DNA of 63,101 nucleotides, filler included, from Octopus bimaculoides (taxonomy: Eukaryota): assembly GCF_001194135.2 (NCBI RefSeq). It is 4 parts of 4 records of this genome, joined end to end, with 100 filler letters (N's around TTAATTAATTAA, not from the genome) between each part and the next. Parts side by side here need not be neighbours in the genome. Positions count along the whole stretch, not along the records: positions 60,570 to 63,101 come from NW_026305061.1; 3 more parts are not named here. The stretch is one strand, 5' to 3'. The number at the start of each line of letters is the position of its first letter. Position 1 is the first letter of the stretch. The notes below the pieces were generated by a model that made no database searches, was not told the origin of the DNA, and worked only from the letters and a program-made list of their open reading frames with translations. A program made the position numbers and the translations under genes. Shown here piece by piece: positions 60,762 to 63,101 of the stretch.

Positions 60762-61086
60762 GGTTTATGTGTGCATAATGCGATGCGTCAGCAGGATTAG
60801 TAAAAAATAAATATTAGCGACGGAAGCAGCAGTAGTATCAAATGGCAAGTTTTACATCCTATTAAACGTGGATGCATTATTAGAACGCAGTATAACTGAA
60901 CTGACACACTTTCATATAGACATAAGTTGATAAGAACATACTGACGCATCTTAGCAACGGACGTCGATGTGAGAAGTCTTCTTGGGGCGACTTCCGCAGT
61001 ATTCAGCGTCCTAATGATTCATCCACGTTGAGTAGAATAAATAGATAGCTATTCGAGACCAATACTCCTTCCGTCGTTAAGATCTA

Positions 61087-61088
61087 TT

Positions 61089-61138
<50 letters not shown>

Positions 61139-61143
61139 GTCTG

Positions 61144-61194
<51 letters not shown>

Positions 61195-61249
61195 GTCTGT
61201 CTGTCTGTCAGTCTATATCTACTTCTCTCTTTCTCTCTCGCTCTCTCTC
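61087..61249. repeat. (ATCT)n/(GTCT)n/(CT)n compound microsatellite
   Basis: Read directly; its exact reverse complement recurs at 62949-63101. Confidence 0.9.
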
Positions 61250-63003
61250 NNNNNNNNNNNNNNNNNNNNNNNNNNNNNNNNNNNNNNNNNNNNNNNNNNN
61301 NNNNNNNNNNNNNNNNNNNNNNNNNNNNNNNNNNNNNNNNNNNNNNNNNNNNNNNNNNNNNNNNNNNNNNNNNNNNNNNNNNNNNNNNNNNNNNNNNNNN
61401 NNNNNNNNNNNNNNNNNNNNNNNNNNNNNNNNNNNNNNNNNNNNNNNNNNNNNNNNNNNNNNNNNNNNNNNNNNNNNNNNNNNNNNNNNNNNNNNNNNNN
61501 NNNNNNNNNNNNNNNNNNNNNNNNNNNNNNNNNNNNNNNNNNNNNNNNNNNNNNNNNNNNNNNNNNNNNNNNNNNNNNNNNNNNNNNNNNNNNNNNNNNN
61601 NNNNNNNNNNNNNNNNNNNNNNNNNNNNNNNNNNNNNNNNNNNNNNNNNNNNNNNNNNNNNNNNNNNNNNNNNNNNNNNNNNNNNNNNNNNNNNNNNNNN
61701 NNNNNNNNNNNNNNNNNNNNNNNNNNNNNNNNNNNNNNNNNNNNNNNNNNNNNNNNNNNNNNNNNNNNNNNNNNNNNNNNNNNNNNNNNNNNNNNNNNNN
61801 NNNNNNNNNNNNNNNNNNNNNNNNNNNNNNNNNNNNNNNNNNNNNNNNNNNNNNNNNNNNNNNNNNNNNNNNNNNNNNNNNNNNNNNNNNNNNNNNNNNN
61901 NNNNNNNNNNNNNNNNNNNNNNNNNNNNNNNNNNNNNNNNNNNNNNNAAAAAAAAAAAAAAAAAAAAAGGAATAAAAGGAAAACAGAGGATAATTTCACA
62001 AAGTACAAGGCATACATAATGCATATGAAACCATTGATAGAGTGGAACAGTCTAGAATTTGCCATTTGCAATAAATCAAAATAGTTAAATAAATGTTGGG
62101 TTTTTCCATTATTTTGCCCAACATTTATGTGTGTATGTATGTATGTATGTATGTATGTATGTATGTATGTATGTATGTATGTGTGTGTGTATGTGTGTGT
62201 GTATGTATGTGTGTATGTATGCATGTCATTGTTCAGTTTTATTTCAAATTTAGAAACGCCAAACAATAGAGAAATGCCTCACTCATCGTAAAGTGAATAC
62301 CACCATGACCGATATCCAAACTACAGTGGAGAAGGCTAGCCAATGGATTTCACTAAAAAGAGACAATGAGCGATGGTTAGAAGAATATTGAGCTTTATTT
62401 GATAACCAGTTGATCTAGCAAGCGGGGCCTCATATCTAAAACTATGTTGACCTTCTAAAACCAATGTAAAAATCAGCTCTGGTAAGCATACATCTGAAGA
62501 AGTCTCGCAGAGAGGGCCACTGTATTTACAAATCATCGAAACTGCGTCAGCAGAGTGAACCCACCACTTTGCCAGTGGAGGCGCGTGGTTTAGTGGTTAA
62601 GGATGTTGGATTCATGATCATAAGATTGTGGTTTCGGCCATTATGAGTCTAGAAGACTCGGGAAGGAACTTTGTGGAGGCGCGTGGCTTAGTGGTTAAGG
62701 TGCGCAGTAAGGCCGTTGAGAGGTAGGTCTCGAAACGGCGCGCATTTTCTCCTGGTGACCCCATACACTTGCTGGCTTCCGGTATGCGGTGCTTTCGACT
62801 GGTAGCATGTGCACGTGCAAGTGGTTTGCAAAACATTTTCGTTGCCAATAGAGGAAGAGCCGGTTTCTAACCTAGATTCAAGGCTCCTTCACGAGAATTT
62901 CAACATCAACAACAAGGTATTTTTGTATGTATGTATGTATGTATGTATGAGAGAGAGCGAGAGAGAAAGAGAGAAGTAGATATAGACTGACAGACAGACA
63001 GAC

Positions 63004-63054
<51 letters not shown>

Positions 63055-63059
63055 CAGAC

Positions 63060-63101
<42 letters not shown>

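Noticed and set aside
62494-62556. CTGAAGA...GAAACTGCGTC hammerhead-like spacing
   Set aside because: No helix II at the core junction and only one base pair of helix I.

Overview
AT-rich, microsatellite- and SINE-dense eukaryotic genomic DNA with many N gaps. Octopus/cephalopod origin is inferred from repeat content, not verified. One gene is confidently recognised: GCSH (glycine cleavage system H protein) on the minus strand. Four coding exons were resolved with canonical splice sites (56145-56271, 48145-48224, 39756-39819, 36159-36290), including the lipoyl-lysine motif ESVK; the expected terminal exon was not found. A weaker, phase-compatible chain of plus-strand exons (3092-3260, a 15-nt microexon at 22348-22362, 28510-28556, 30601-30674) may belong to an unidentified gene. 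The rest is tRNA-derived SINEs, RTE-type and RLE-type non-LTR retrotransposon fragments, decayed mariner and hAT transposases, MITEs and simple repeats. The most notable signal is a set of minimal type I hammerhead-ribozyme motifs: six with both core boxes intact, plus four degenerate ones. Several sit in inverted-repeat arrangements typical of Penelope-like element pseudo-LTRs. The best case is a ~98% identical 360-bp inverted repeat in GCSH intron 3 with one hammerhead per arm. Three identical 100-bp N44-TTAATTAATTAA-N44 spacers are assembly joins, so adjacency across them is not guaranteed. Almost all long ORFs in the supplied track are artefacts of microsatellites or N runs. All alignments and folds were done by eye; repeat boundaries are approximate.
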